Assembly: GCA_964514975.1 (NCBI GenBank)
Contig: CAZESS010000026.1
Coordinates: 1-23,977 of the forward strand
Origin: an uncultured Thermoplasmatales archaeon
Lineage (GTDB): Archaea > Thermoplasmatota > E2 > UBA202 > DSCA01
DNA length: 23,977 nt
Reading direction: 5' to 3'
The notes beneath the pieces are model-generated. The model was given only the letters and a program-made list of their open reading frames with translations. It did no database searches and was not told where the DNA came from. The stretch's first letter is position 1. Each line of letters starts with the position of its first letter. This document shows positions 8,515 to 16,231 of this stretch, in pieces. Both the position numbers and the translations under genes were made by a program.

Positions 8515-8535
8515 GGCCGCTATCGCCGCCGGTGC

Positions 8536-8973
8536 TCATCCGTCCTGCTGCTGGAAAAACCGGTCGACCATCTCCGCGAACTCATGGAACGGGACCGTCC
8601 GCTCCACGACCTTTTCGGCATAGGCGTCCAGGCTGTCGCTCCATTCGGTGCCGAACCATGCCGTGTAGCCCCAGATGCGAATCCCGTCATCGAGGTCAAG
8701 CAGCGCCTTCGTGGTCCGCACTCCGTCCATCCGGTCGCTGCCCGTCCGATGCCGCTCGACCGCGTCCATGTCCCCCTCGCCTGACAGGTTGAGATCCATG
8801 ACGACCAGGTCGGGTCGTTTCTCCTGCTGTAGCAGCTGGCGGTAGGTCTCCACGGCGTCCTCGCCGGTTTCCGCATGGTGGAGCTCCACCGGCGTGCTCA
8901 TACGCTCGAGATGCGCTCCCAGCAGGTCATGGATCATTGGCTCGTCGTCGACGATAAGAATTATTTTACTCAC
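8536..8973 (-). CDS. Stand-alone (CheY-like) response regulator receiver, atypical
   Basis: ILIVDDEP, PDLVVMD (phospho-acceptor Asp), MDG, GYTA. Start taken as GTG 8973, 5 nt after the SD GAGGTGA and overlapping the upstream stop. Confidence 0.9.
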   Translation of the reverse strand: MSKIILIVDDEPMIHDLLGAHLERMSTPVELHHAETGEDAVETYRQLLQQEKRPDLVVMDLNLSGEGDMDAVERHRTGSDRMDGVRTTKALLDLDDGIRIWGYTAWFGTEWSDSLDAYAEKVVERTVPFHEFAEMVDRFFQQQDG

Positions 8974-11488
8974 AGATTTCACCTCTCTGCGTCACGTTTT
9001 TTACGACGGATTCCACCCGCGATATGGCTCTGCGGGCCGCCAGTATCTTCTCCCGATCCTCCCCGGGAAGGCTGTCCGAGACCAGGTCGATGTATCCCTT
9101 CGCGATGGAAATCGGGTTGAAAAAATGGTGGGCGGTCTTAAGCTTGAAGACCCGTTCTTTTTCCAGCGCGCGTTCCATCTCCTCGTAGGCTCGCTTCCGC
9201 TCGGTGATGTCATAGGCGGTGCCCAGGATGGCCGGCTTTCCCTGATAGATGATCGATGTCGCCGTCAGGTCCGCCCATTTTTCGTCGCCGTCACGGGTGA
9301 GCACCTTGACCTCATAGCGCGTCGGGATGGAGCTGTCGCCCGCCATCCGCTGTCTCCCGCGCTCTCTGACCATCTCCCGGTGGTCCGGATGGACGATGTC
9401 CCAGAACGGCATCCTTTGTAGTTCACCCCGGTCGTATCCGGACATCTCCTCCATGGATGGGTTCACATACTGGAACGTCTCCCCCTGATGGATGAAAATA
9501 GCGGAGGTGGAGGACTCGGCCAGCAGCCGGAACTTTTCCTCGCTTTCCTTCAGCGCCTGCTCCATCTCTATCCGGGTGGTGATGTCGCGGAGGATGCCCA
9601 TCACCAGCGGCATGTCCTCCGTGCCGATGTCAACGGTGGCTACCTCGACCACCCTGACGTCGCCGCCGGCAGCGATTACCCGGAACTCGTAGCGGCTGGG
9701 TACCGCCTCGCCGCTCTCCCGGGCAGCCGCCCGTTTTTTTACGATGTCATGGTCGTCGGGGTGGATGATGTTCCAGAAGGAGAACGTGTTGCTGTATATC
9801 TCGTCGGCGCTGTAGCCCGTGATGTCCTCGAAGGCCGGGTTGACGTACTGGAATCCTTTTTCGGGATGGATGATGTAGATGGCGTCATGGGCGTTCTCCA
9901 CCAGGTTCCGGAACCTTGTTTCGCTGTGCTCGAGCGCCAGCTGCGCCTGTTTCCTGGCGGTGATATCCCGGGCGATGCCCTGCACGGCATATGGCTCCCC
10001 CTGCCGGTAGATGAGCGACCCCTCTGTTTCCACCCATACGATGCTGCCGTCCCTGGCGCGCAGCCGGTACTCCGTCGGCTCATGCTGGGTGCCGGTCTCA
10101 CGTATCTCCTCGATGGTCTCCATCGCCCGCTCGACATGTGCCTCGTCGTCAAGCAGCCGGGAAAACGACAGCATGGACATCTCCTCCTCGGAGTAGCCAA
10201 GCAGGTCACGCGTCGCCTGATTCGCGTCGATGAAGTTCCCCGAAAAATCATGAATGTACACGGCGAGCATGGTCCGGTCGAAAAACGCCTCATAGCGCGC
10301 CTCGCTTTCACGGAGCGCCTTCTCTGCCATCTTCCGGTCGGTGATGTCCTCCACCGTCCCCACGAAATATGCGACCTCGCCATCGTCGTCGCGGACGGTA
10401 CGGGCGCTCTCCGATATCCATATCGTGGCCCCGTCCTTGCGGTAGACCTGCGATTCGAAATCCACGACCTCGCCCTCTTCGAGCAGCCGTCTGACCAGCT
10501 CCTCCCGTCGCTCCGGGGTGACGTAGAGCTGCGAGCCGATGTCGCGCATACCGTGAAGCAGCTCCTCCGGGGACTCGTAGCCATAGATGCGGGCGAGCGC
10601 CGGGTTCACGCTGATGTGGTAGCCCTCCGGCGTGCTCTTATAGATGCCCATGACGGCGTTCCTGAAAATGTTTTTATAGTTTTCCTCCGCGACGCGCAGC
10701 GCATCCTCCGCCCGTTTTTGCCGGGTGATATCCCGGACGATGGCCTGCACCATCGAGGCGTCCTCCAGCTCGATCCGGTTGAGCGACACCTCCGCCTCGA
10801 ACGGTGTGCCGTCCATGCGGACATGCCGCCAGTAAAACCGCTGTGGCTCCCCTGTAAGAGCGGCCCGGATGCGGGCACGTGCCTTCTCCGCCGAGTCAGC
10901 GCCGTCGGGCTGCCGCGGCGGCGAAAACTCCCCGGGCGAATGACCGATGATGTTTTCCTTCTTGCATCCAAACATCTCCAGCGCCTTCTGGTTGCAGTCA
11001 ATGAACACGTCCTCAGTCATCAAAAAAATCGCGTCGTTGGCAGACTCGAACAGCGTCCGGTATTTCCGCTCGCTCGTTTTCACCTTCACCAGCGAGCGCT
11101 CCCGCCGGGTCACGTTCCGGAGCATACCCACGACACGGGTTTCATCGCCGGGAAGCGCAACCGTGTTCACCTCGACATGTCGGACGGAGCCGTCCTTCGA
11201 CACAATCCGGAACTGGTACACCGGATCCAGTTCATCTCCGCGCTCCCGTGCCTGCTCCCGCTTTTCTATCAGCGCCCGGTCGTCGGGATGGATGACGTCC
11301 CAGAAATCAAATGCCTCGGAGCAGACCTCGTCGGCGCTGTAGCCCGTGATGTCCTCGAAGGCAGGGTTGACATATTCGAAGCCGGACGGCGTAATAATAT
11401 ATATGCCGTCGAGAGCGTGCTCGACGAGCGTATGATAGACGTGCTCCCGGTCGTCGGGCATCCGGGCTGAACCGCTGTCGCTTGCCAT
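8966..11488 (-). CDS. Cytoplasmic six-PAS sensor ending in a HisKA/DHp-like hairpin with no HATPase domain
   Basis: Six PAS/PAC units ending RNVT, RDIT, EDIT, RDIT, RDIT and YDIT, then TAHHFFNPISIAKGYIDL and a stop about 50 aa later. GGGAG SD before the ATG. Confidence 0.92.
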   Translation of the reverse strand: MASDSGSARMPDDREHVYHTLVEHALDGIYIITPSGFEYVNPAFEDITGYSADEVCSEAFDFWDVIHPDDRALIEKREQARERGDELDPVYQFRIVSKDGSVRHVEVNTVALPGDETRVVGMLRNVTRRERSLVKVKTSERKYRTLFESANDAIFLMTEDVFIDCNQKALEMFGCKKENIIGHSPGEFSPPRQPDGADSAEKARARIRAALTGEPQRFYWRHVRMDGTPFEAEVSLNRIELEDASMVQAIVRDITRQKRAEDALRVAEENYKNIFRNAVMGIYKSTPEGYHISVNPALARIYGYESPEELLHGMRDIGSQLYVTPERREELVRRLLEEGEVVDFESQVYRKDGATIWISESARTVRDDDGEVAYFVGTVEDITDRKMAEKALRESEARYEAFFDRTMLAVYIHDFSGNFIDANQATRDLLGYSEEEMSMLSFSRLLDDEAHVERAMETIEEIRETGTQHEPTEYRLRARDGSIVWVETEGSLIYRQGEPYAVQGIARDITARKQAQLALEHSETRFRNLVENAHDAIYIIHPEKGFQYVNPAFEDITGYSADEIYSNTFSFWNIIHPDDHDIVKKRAAARESGEAVPSRYEFRVIAAGGDVRVVEVATVDIGTEDMPLVMGILRDITTRIEMEQALKESEEKFRLLAESSTSAIFIHQGETFQYVNPSMEEMSGYDRGELQRMPFWDIVHPDHREMVRERGRQRMAGDSSIPTRYEVKVLTRDGDEKWADLTATSIIYQGKPAILGTAYDITERKRAYEEMERALEKERVFKLKTAHHFFNPISIAKGYIDLVSDSLPGEDREKILAARRAISRVESVVKNVTQRGEICE
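9791..9898 (-). repeat. 108-nt inverted repeat, arm 1 (in PAS5); partner at 20430-20537
   Basis: The reverse complement is 107/108 identical to 20430-20537. Confidence 0.95.
11327..11362 (-). repeat. 36-nt exact third copy of the repeat core (in PAS1)
   Basis: Identical to 9800-9835 and to the reverse complement of 20493-20528; encodes AFEDITGYSADE. Confidence 0.9.
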
Positions 11489-11539
11489 GATGCTCCCTGC
11501 TACGAGGCGAATATGTGCATCTCAAAGCGGGATGCAATG

Positions 11540-11552
11540 CTATAAACGTTTC
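11540..11552 (-). promoter_or_regulatory. BRE/TATA promoter of the PAS-receiver operon
   Basis: Minus strand GAAACGTTTATAG, about 50 nt upstream of ATG 11488. Confidence 0.7.
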
Positions 11553-11566
11553 GGAAAAAAACCCGG

Positions 11567-11986
11567 CTACCGCCATCGTTCCAGGGGCGACGCCGACAGC
11601 CCATGATGCACGAGCAGACGGGACAGCGCCTCCCCGTCGGCACGAAACAGATGGCTGGAACACCGGCAGTCGCTGCACCCGAATTTGTCCACGGCGGCAA
11701 AGCGTGCTGCAAGCGCCCTTGCCACCTCGCACTCCCGCCGCTCATCCGGGGTATGCCATACCCTTGTCACGGTGGCCTCCCGTAGCAGGTAGTCGATGTG
11801 CCAGTGCACTGTTTTGTCGGCGCGGAGATGCCTGGCGATGCGACGCCGGAGGCCGTTCATCGCGGAGCCGACATAGGCATACCCTCCCGCATCGAACCGA
11901 ACACGGCCGAGCGCCCCGACCACCATGTCGGCGGGAGCAGGCAGCTCGATTTCCAGCACATAGGTGCCCGGCACGTCGGCAGCCAC
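11567..11986 (-). CDS. DUF123 / GIY-YIG (Uri superfamily) nuclease
   Basis: GTYVL...VGALG...G.YAYVGSA..GL..RI.RH, HWHIDYL, ECEVA, FGCSDCRC.SHL. Confidence 0.9.
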   Translation of the reverse strand: MAADVPGTYVLEIELPAPADMVVGALGRVRFDAGGYAYVGSAMNGLRRRIARHLRADKTVHWHIDYLLREATVTRVWHTPDERRECEVARALAARFAAVDKFGCSDCRCSSHLFRADGEALSRLLVHHGLSASPLERWR

Positions 11987-11987
11987 G

Positions 11988-12791
11988 TTATTCCCCGACA
12001 GCAGCCTCTATCCGCTCCACGATGTCCATGAAGGCGGCTGCGGCCGCCGACGTCCCGCCGGCGAACGGCTCGCCGGCATCCCCGGAGGCGGCGACCGCCG
12101 TGTCCAGGGGCACCGCGCCCAGGAACGGCACGTCGAGCTCCTCCGCCGCCCGCCGGCCGCCGCCCTGCTTGAACAGCTCGATGGACTCGCCGCAGTGCGG
12201 GCAGGTGAAACCGCTCATGTTCTCGATGACGCCCAGCACCGACATGTTGACCTGTCTGGCGAACATGACGGCCTTCCGCGCGTCGAGCAGCGCGACATCC
12301 TGCGGCGTCGTCACCACCACGGAATGGCCGCCCGGGATGATCTGGGCGATGCTGAGCGGCTCGTCACCCGTCCCCGGGGGCAGGTCGATGATGAGATAGT
12401 CGAGCGGGCCCCACTGCACGTCGCCCAGGAACTGCCGGATGACGCTCATCTTGAGCGGGCCGCGCCATATCACGGGCAGGTTTTTGTCCTGCAGCAGAAA
12501 CGCCATCGACATCACCTTGAGGCCAGACGGGGTTGTCGCGGGGATGATGCTGTCCTCGTCGCCGGAGACGCGGACGTCCTCGATGCCCAAAAGCTTCGGG
12601 ATGTTGGGGCCGTGGATGTCCACGTCGAGGAGGCCGACGTCGTGGCCACGCATGGCGAGCGCCGTCGCAAGGTTGGCGGCCACGGTGCTCTTGCCGACGC
12701 CGCCCTTGCCGCTGATGACCGCCAGCGTATGCCCGATCTGCGCAAGGTTGTCAGCCAGCTTTTCGTCCTTTTTATCTCTCTGTTGCTGCAT
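11988..12791 (-). CDS. apbC: Mrp/NBP35 (ApbC) Fe-S cluster carrier ATPase
   Basis: SGKGGVGKST, DVDIHGP, VIWRGPLK, WGPLDYLIIDLPPGTGDE, VTTPQ, ENMSGFTCPHC. Confidence 0.95.
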   Translation of the reverse strand: MQQQRDKKDEKLADNLAQIGHTLAVISGKGGVGKSTVAANLATALAMRGHDVGLLDVDIHGPNIPKLLGIEDVRVSGDEDSIIPATTPSGLKVMSMAFLLQDKNLPVIWRGPLKMSVIRQFLGDVQWGPLDYLIIDLPPGTGDEPLSIAQIIPGGHSVVVTTPQDVALLDARKAVMFARQVNMSVLGVIENMSGFTCPHCGESIELFKQGGGRRAAEELDVPFLGAVPLDTAVAASGDAGEPFAGGTSAAAAAFMDIVERIEAAVGE

Positions 12792-12812
12792 GGAGAGGCA
12801 ATGCCGCGGCGG

Positions 12813-12852
12813 TAATCAATGTTTCCCCTGTGGCCACCCGAAATTATTATAG
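12813..12852. promoter_or_regulatory. Back-to-back divergent promoters for mrp (minus) and the C25 lipoprotein (plus)
   Basis: Minus strand GAAACATTGATTA (12813-12825) ends 21 nt before ATG 12791; plus strand GAAATTATTATAG (12840-12852). Confidence 0.6.
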
Positions 12853-12886
12853 AGACGTAGCATATATGGATATCACCGTGATGCCA

Positions 12887-15724
12887 ATGAATAGAAAAGA
12901 GATGAAGGTCATGGTCGTCTTTGCTATCGCCATCATGATCGGTGCCACCCTGAGCGGGTGTGTGGATAACGCCGGCGTCAAGGAGGTCAAGGGCTTCGAC
13001 ATGGACGACATCGACGACATTGACGTGGAACGAAAACAGGGAGCCATGCCGGTGGTTGCTGCCGAGCACACCCCCCTGTATGCGCTCATCGGCACCCCCA
13101 TCGCCGCCTATTATGAGGGCAACGAGAGCATGATTGCGCCGCTGCTGGTGAAAAACATGACGGACCCGTCGAAACCGGTTGCCCGCTTTGACCGCCAGTA
13201 TCCATACAGCGGCGAGATAACGCTCGACGATGGCACGCCGGAAAACCTGTCGCTCGACCTGGTGCCGCAGATATGGGACAAGAGCGATGCGGTCGTGCTC
13301 GTGGAGGACAGCGAGCGGGGCTACAGCCTCGGCGTCGCCGCGACGCCAATCGCCTCATATCTCAACATCCCTGTCGTCGTGACCGACGAGACCGACGATG
13401 TCCGCGACCTGCTCGACGACCTCGGCGTCAAATATACCTTCATGTGCGGTGACCTGGAGGGCCATGAGCGAACCTGGCGCTTCAAAAACGACCAGGCCAT
13501 CACCAACTTCCTCGTCGACTACGTGAAAGAGCGGTTTGGCTCCGTGGAATACCTCTCCATCACCAACCCCCGGGATGCCTACCCCCCGGCGGTGTTGAAC
13601 ACCACCTCCTATGACTTCAGCGGCACCCTGAACTCGGTTGCCATCCTGCCATCGACGCTGGGCTCAACGGCCAGGGGCTTCCTCCAGCCGCGGTATCACA
13701 ACTTCACCATCCCCGAGGGCTACAAGTATGCCCGGGTGAAAATTGACCTCATAAACCTCAACTCGGAAAACGTGCAGGAGATGGGTGACCACGTCACCAT
13801 ATCGGGCGGCCCGCGCCTCGAGGACCTGCCCGCTGCGCAGCAGAACTACGAGCTCGTGCAGATAAACACCATGGCCGGCATCCCCGAACGGGACGAAAAC
13901 GGCGACATCGTCACCGACAGGCTGCACTACGAGACGGTGCTCTATGACCGCGGCGGCGTCACCTATGACCTGTCGCTGATGGGCACCTGGCTCGCCAGCA
14001 AGCAGGGCGAATACCGGCTCGACGTCACCGTCGAACAGCTCAGCGACCCATACATCTCGACGATGCCGAAGCTCTCGGCCGTTGCTCCCTATCTCACCGC
14101 CTACCGGCAGGGTGTCATCTGGGCGGAGCGGGACTTCGCGTTTGCCGCCACCGACAACGTGACGGTCAACGGCGACACCTGCCCCGGTTTCTACGTCCCC
14201 CGGAAAAACCCGGACCTGGCGGAGCCGCTCAACGATAAGCTCATGGAACGCCACGAGGAGCTCAACATGTTGCTCGGCAACATGTCCAACATCTCCGGCG
14301 ATGACACGAAGGCGCTCTGGCAGCACTACAGTGACAACCCCATCAACGTCGCGCTCGTCGGCGGCACCACCATGCTGCCCCAGTACATCCATGACAACCC
14401 GGACACGCCCCGGGACGACCCAATGGGCATCTACTACTTCGGCTACGGCACCCCGAGCGACGTCATCTACGGCAACATCGACCCCAAGCAGGGCGACCCC
14501 AAAAACGACACCTTCAGCTACTGGCCGCGACAGGAAAACATCGTCGGCCGCATCACCGGCTGGGACGTCCAGGATGCCTCGGCGCTCGTCTGCCGCACCA
14601 TTTTCTATGAGGAAATCATCCAGGACATGGGCGACTGGAAGAGCAGCGCGACGGTGCAGTCCGGTACGGGCACCGATTTCCAGAAGGTGCCGGTCATCGA
14701 GCAGGTCAAAAACCTGCTGGCGCCGTTGCTCGGCGGCGCCGCGGGCGACCCCATGAAGTTTCCGTCCGGGGCAACCCGGTTTGCCGGCGACGCCGTGGCA
14801 GCCAGCATCGAGGACGGCGGCTACGAGGTCGACCGCACCTATTTCACGTTCTCGCAGCGCAAGGGCTTCAGCGACGAAGCGTTAACGGATATAAAGCGCA
14901 GCGGCCTGCTCAACATGCTCCTGTTCCCCAAGTTCGAGATAAAAATGCTCAGTGGCGAGGACGTCGTCGTCGGCGGCGAGCTGCAGCCCGAGAGCAACAT
15001 CATCTACGAAAACGGGCACGGCAGCATGCACCTCTACGAGTTCGGCGACGTGGTCATGTGGGGCCTGGGCATCGGCTACTTCTTCGGCCCGCTCATCATG
15101 GGCTTCCTGACCCGGATTTCGATGTTCGCGACGCCGATGGCCGCGCTCGGCACCTATAGCCCGCGCGGCGTCGAAGACATGGAGCTCGGCCCGTCGACCA
15201 TGATGATCGAGAGCTGCGTGAACGGCAAGATAGACGGCATGTATATCCCCAACAACATCGGGCAGGCATACATCCACGCCGGCGTCAACTCGCTGCTGGC
15301 GTCGACCACGTTCACCAATGTCGCCGGATATCTCAAGCCACGCCCGTTTATTCACAGCCTCGGTATAACCGCCTACGTGAAGGCCTGGTATGACCTGCTC
15401 GTCAACGGCGAGTATCCCCGTTTGAACTTCGGGATGCTGATGCACGAGCAGATGTTCCATGACATGGCGCAGAACGACACCACGATAGGCATGGCGTTAC
15501 GGAACGCCCGCAACGACTATCTGCCAAAGGATGCAAACGAGACGTTTCTGTGGGTGCCGCCGCTCGGCGGCGAGGCGAGCACCACCTACCAGGGCGACAC
15601 GGGCATCCTGAAGCCAGACAGCCGCGGCGACCGGGTGCTCCTCAAAAAATACAACACCTACCTGCAATACGCAATCTACGGCGACCCGGCGTTCAACCCG
15701 TATCAACCGGTGAACAACGGCTGA
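12887..15724 (+). CDS. Lipoprotein, putative peptidase C25 (gingipain-like, clan CD) with N-terminal CWB2-like repeats
   Basis: Lipobox signal MNRKEMKVMVVFAIAIMIGATLSG-C, V.LVGG, SD..YG, VGRITG, NGHG (putative catalytic His), ESC (putative catalytic Cys), TIG.ALR.A.N.Y, YGDPAFNPY. Start could be 12881, 12887 or 12902. Confidence 0.75.
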   Translation: MNRKEMKVMVVFAIAIMIGATLSGCVDNAGVKEVKGFDMDDIDDIDVERKQGAMPVVAAEHTPLYALIGTPIAAYYEGNESMIAPLLVKNMTDPSKPVARFDRQYPYSGEITLDDGTPENLSLDLVPQIWDKSDAVVLVEDSERGYSLGVAATPIASYLNIPVVVTDETDDVRDLLDDLGVKYTFMCGDLEGHERTWRFKNDQAITNFLVDYVKERFGSVEYLSITNPRDAYPPAVLNTTSYDFSGTLNSVAILPSTLGSTARGFLQPRYHNFTIPEGYKYARVKIDLINLNSENVQEMGDHVTISGGPRLEDLPAAQQNYELVQINTMAGIPERDENGDIVTDRLHYETVLYDRGGVTYDLSLMGTWLASKQGEYRLDVTVEQLSDPYISTMPKLSAVAPYLTAYRQGVIWAERDFAFAATDNVTVNGDTCPGFYVPRKNPDLAEPLNDKLMERHEELNMLLGNMSNISGDDTKALWQHYSDNPINVALVGGTTMLPQYIHDNPDTPRDDPMGIYYFGYGTPSDVIYGNIDPKQGDPKNDTFSYWPRQENIVGRITGWDVQDASALVCRTIFYEEIIQDMGDWKSSATVQSGTGTDFQKVPVIEQVKNLLAPLLGGAAGDPMKFPSGATRFAGDAVAASIEDGGYEVDRTYFTFSQRKGFSDEALTDIKRSGLLNMLLFPKFEIKMLSGEDVVVGGELQPESNIIYENGHGSMHLYEFGDVVMWGLGIGYFFGPLIMGFLTRISMFATPMAALGTYSPRGVEDMELGPSTMMIESCVNGKIDGMYIPNNIGQAYIHAGVNSLLASTTFTNVAGYLKPRPFIHSLGITAYVKAWYDLLVNGEYPRLNFGMLMHEQMFHDMAQNDTTIGMALRNARNDYLPKDANETFLWVPPLGGEASTTYQGDTGILKPDSRGDRVLLKKYNTYLQYAIYGDPAFNPYQPVNNG

Positions 15725-15744
15725 ACGGGCGCCGTTTCTCTCCC

Positions 15745-15796
15745 TTTTTTTCTTCTTTTGGTGGTACCCGGAAAAGAAGCTGTAACGGGGAAAAAA
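15745..15796. terminator. Probable bidirectional oligo-T terminator between convergent genes
   Basis: T-tracts on the plus strand (15745-15759) and minus strand (15771-15796); an 8-bp inverted repeat CTTCTTTT/AAAAGAAG at 15752-15779. Confidence 0.6.
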
Positions 15797-15800
15797 CTGG

Positions 15801-16103
15801 TCAGTATTCGCGCCACTTGTAGCCGCACCCGGTGCAGGTATAGATACGTGTCTCGGGTTCATCGGCCGCACGGGTCTGCCTGAGCACCCAGTATGCCTCG
15901 TTATGACCGCATTCGGGGCAGGTCACCTGGGTTTTCGGTAGCACTTCGAGGTCTTCCTCGCTGTCGATGACGGTCAGCTCCTGCTCCTCCCGGCCGGCGA
16001 CGATGCACCGTTCCCCGGTCTTTTTTTCCCGGTGTTCGCACTTGCGGCAGACCATCTCGTTGCCGTCAGGATACAGCAGAGACCCACAGTCCGGACAAAA
16101 CAT
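15801..16103 (-). CDS. tfs: Transcription factor S (TFS, RpoM/TFIIS-like)
   Basis: MFCPDCGSLLYP..C.KC and CPECG..AYW..RQTRAADEPETRIY.C..CG.KWREY, with an intact catalytic DE. Start is 16103 or 16109, not 16331. Confidence 0.95.
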   Translation of the reverse strand: MFCPDCGSLLYPDGNEMVCRKCEHREKKTGERCIVAGREEQELTVIDSEEDLEVLPKTQVTCPECGHNEAYWVLRQTRAADEPETRIYTCTGCGYKWREY

Positions 16104-16123
16104 AGACATCGTATGGCGACTCC

Positions 16124-16174
16124 CATAAAAATGTTTTGCGGCAGACAGGACAATTTCCAATGGGTATATATACC
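16124..16174. promoter_or_regulatory. Divergent promoter region for tfs and the histidine kinase
   Basis: Minus strand AAAACATTTTTATG (16124-16137) lies 20 nt before ATG 16103; palindromic GGTATATATACC at 16163-16174. Confidence 0.55.
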
Positions 16175-16231
16175 GACGGATGCTATCATCTGTATCGCCA
16201 CTGGCGGATATGCCGGGAGGATTGAGACAGA

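Noticed and set aside
9791-9850. NPAF..ITGY PAS domains as LOV photoreceptors
   Set aside because: None has the GxNCRFLQ flavin-adduct motif.
6676-11986. The two nucleases as a defence island or as the invertase for the repeat
   Set aside because: Both are common solitary archaeal genes attached to housekeeping operons, with no methylase, recombinase or mobile context.
15801-16103. TFS as an inhibitory paralogue (TFS4-like)
   Set aside because: The catalytic acidic pair in RAADEP is intact, so it looks like canonical TFS.
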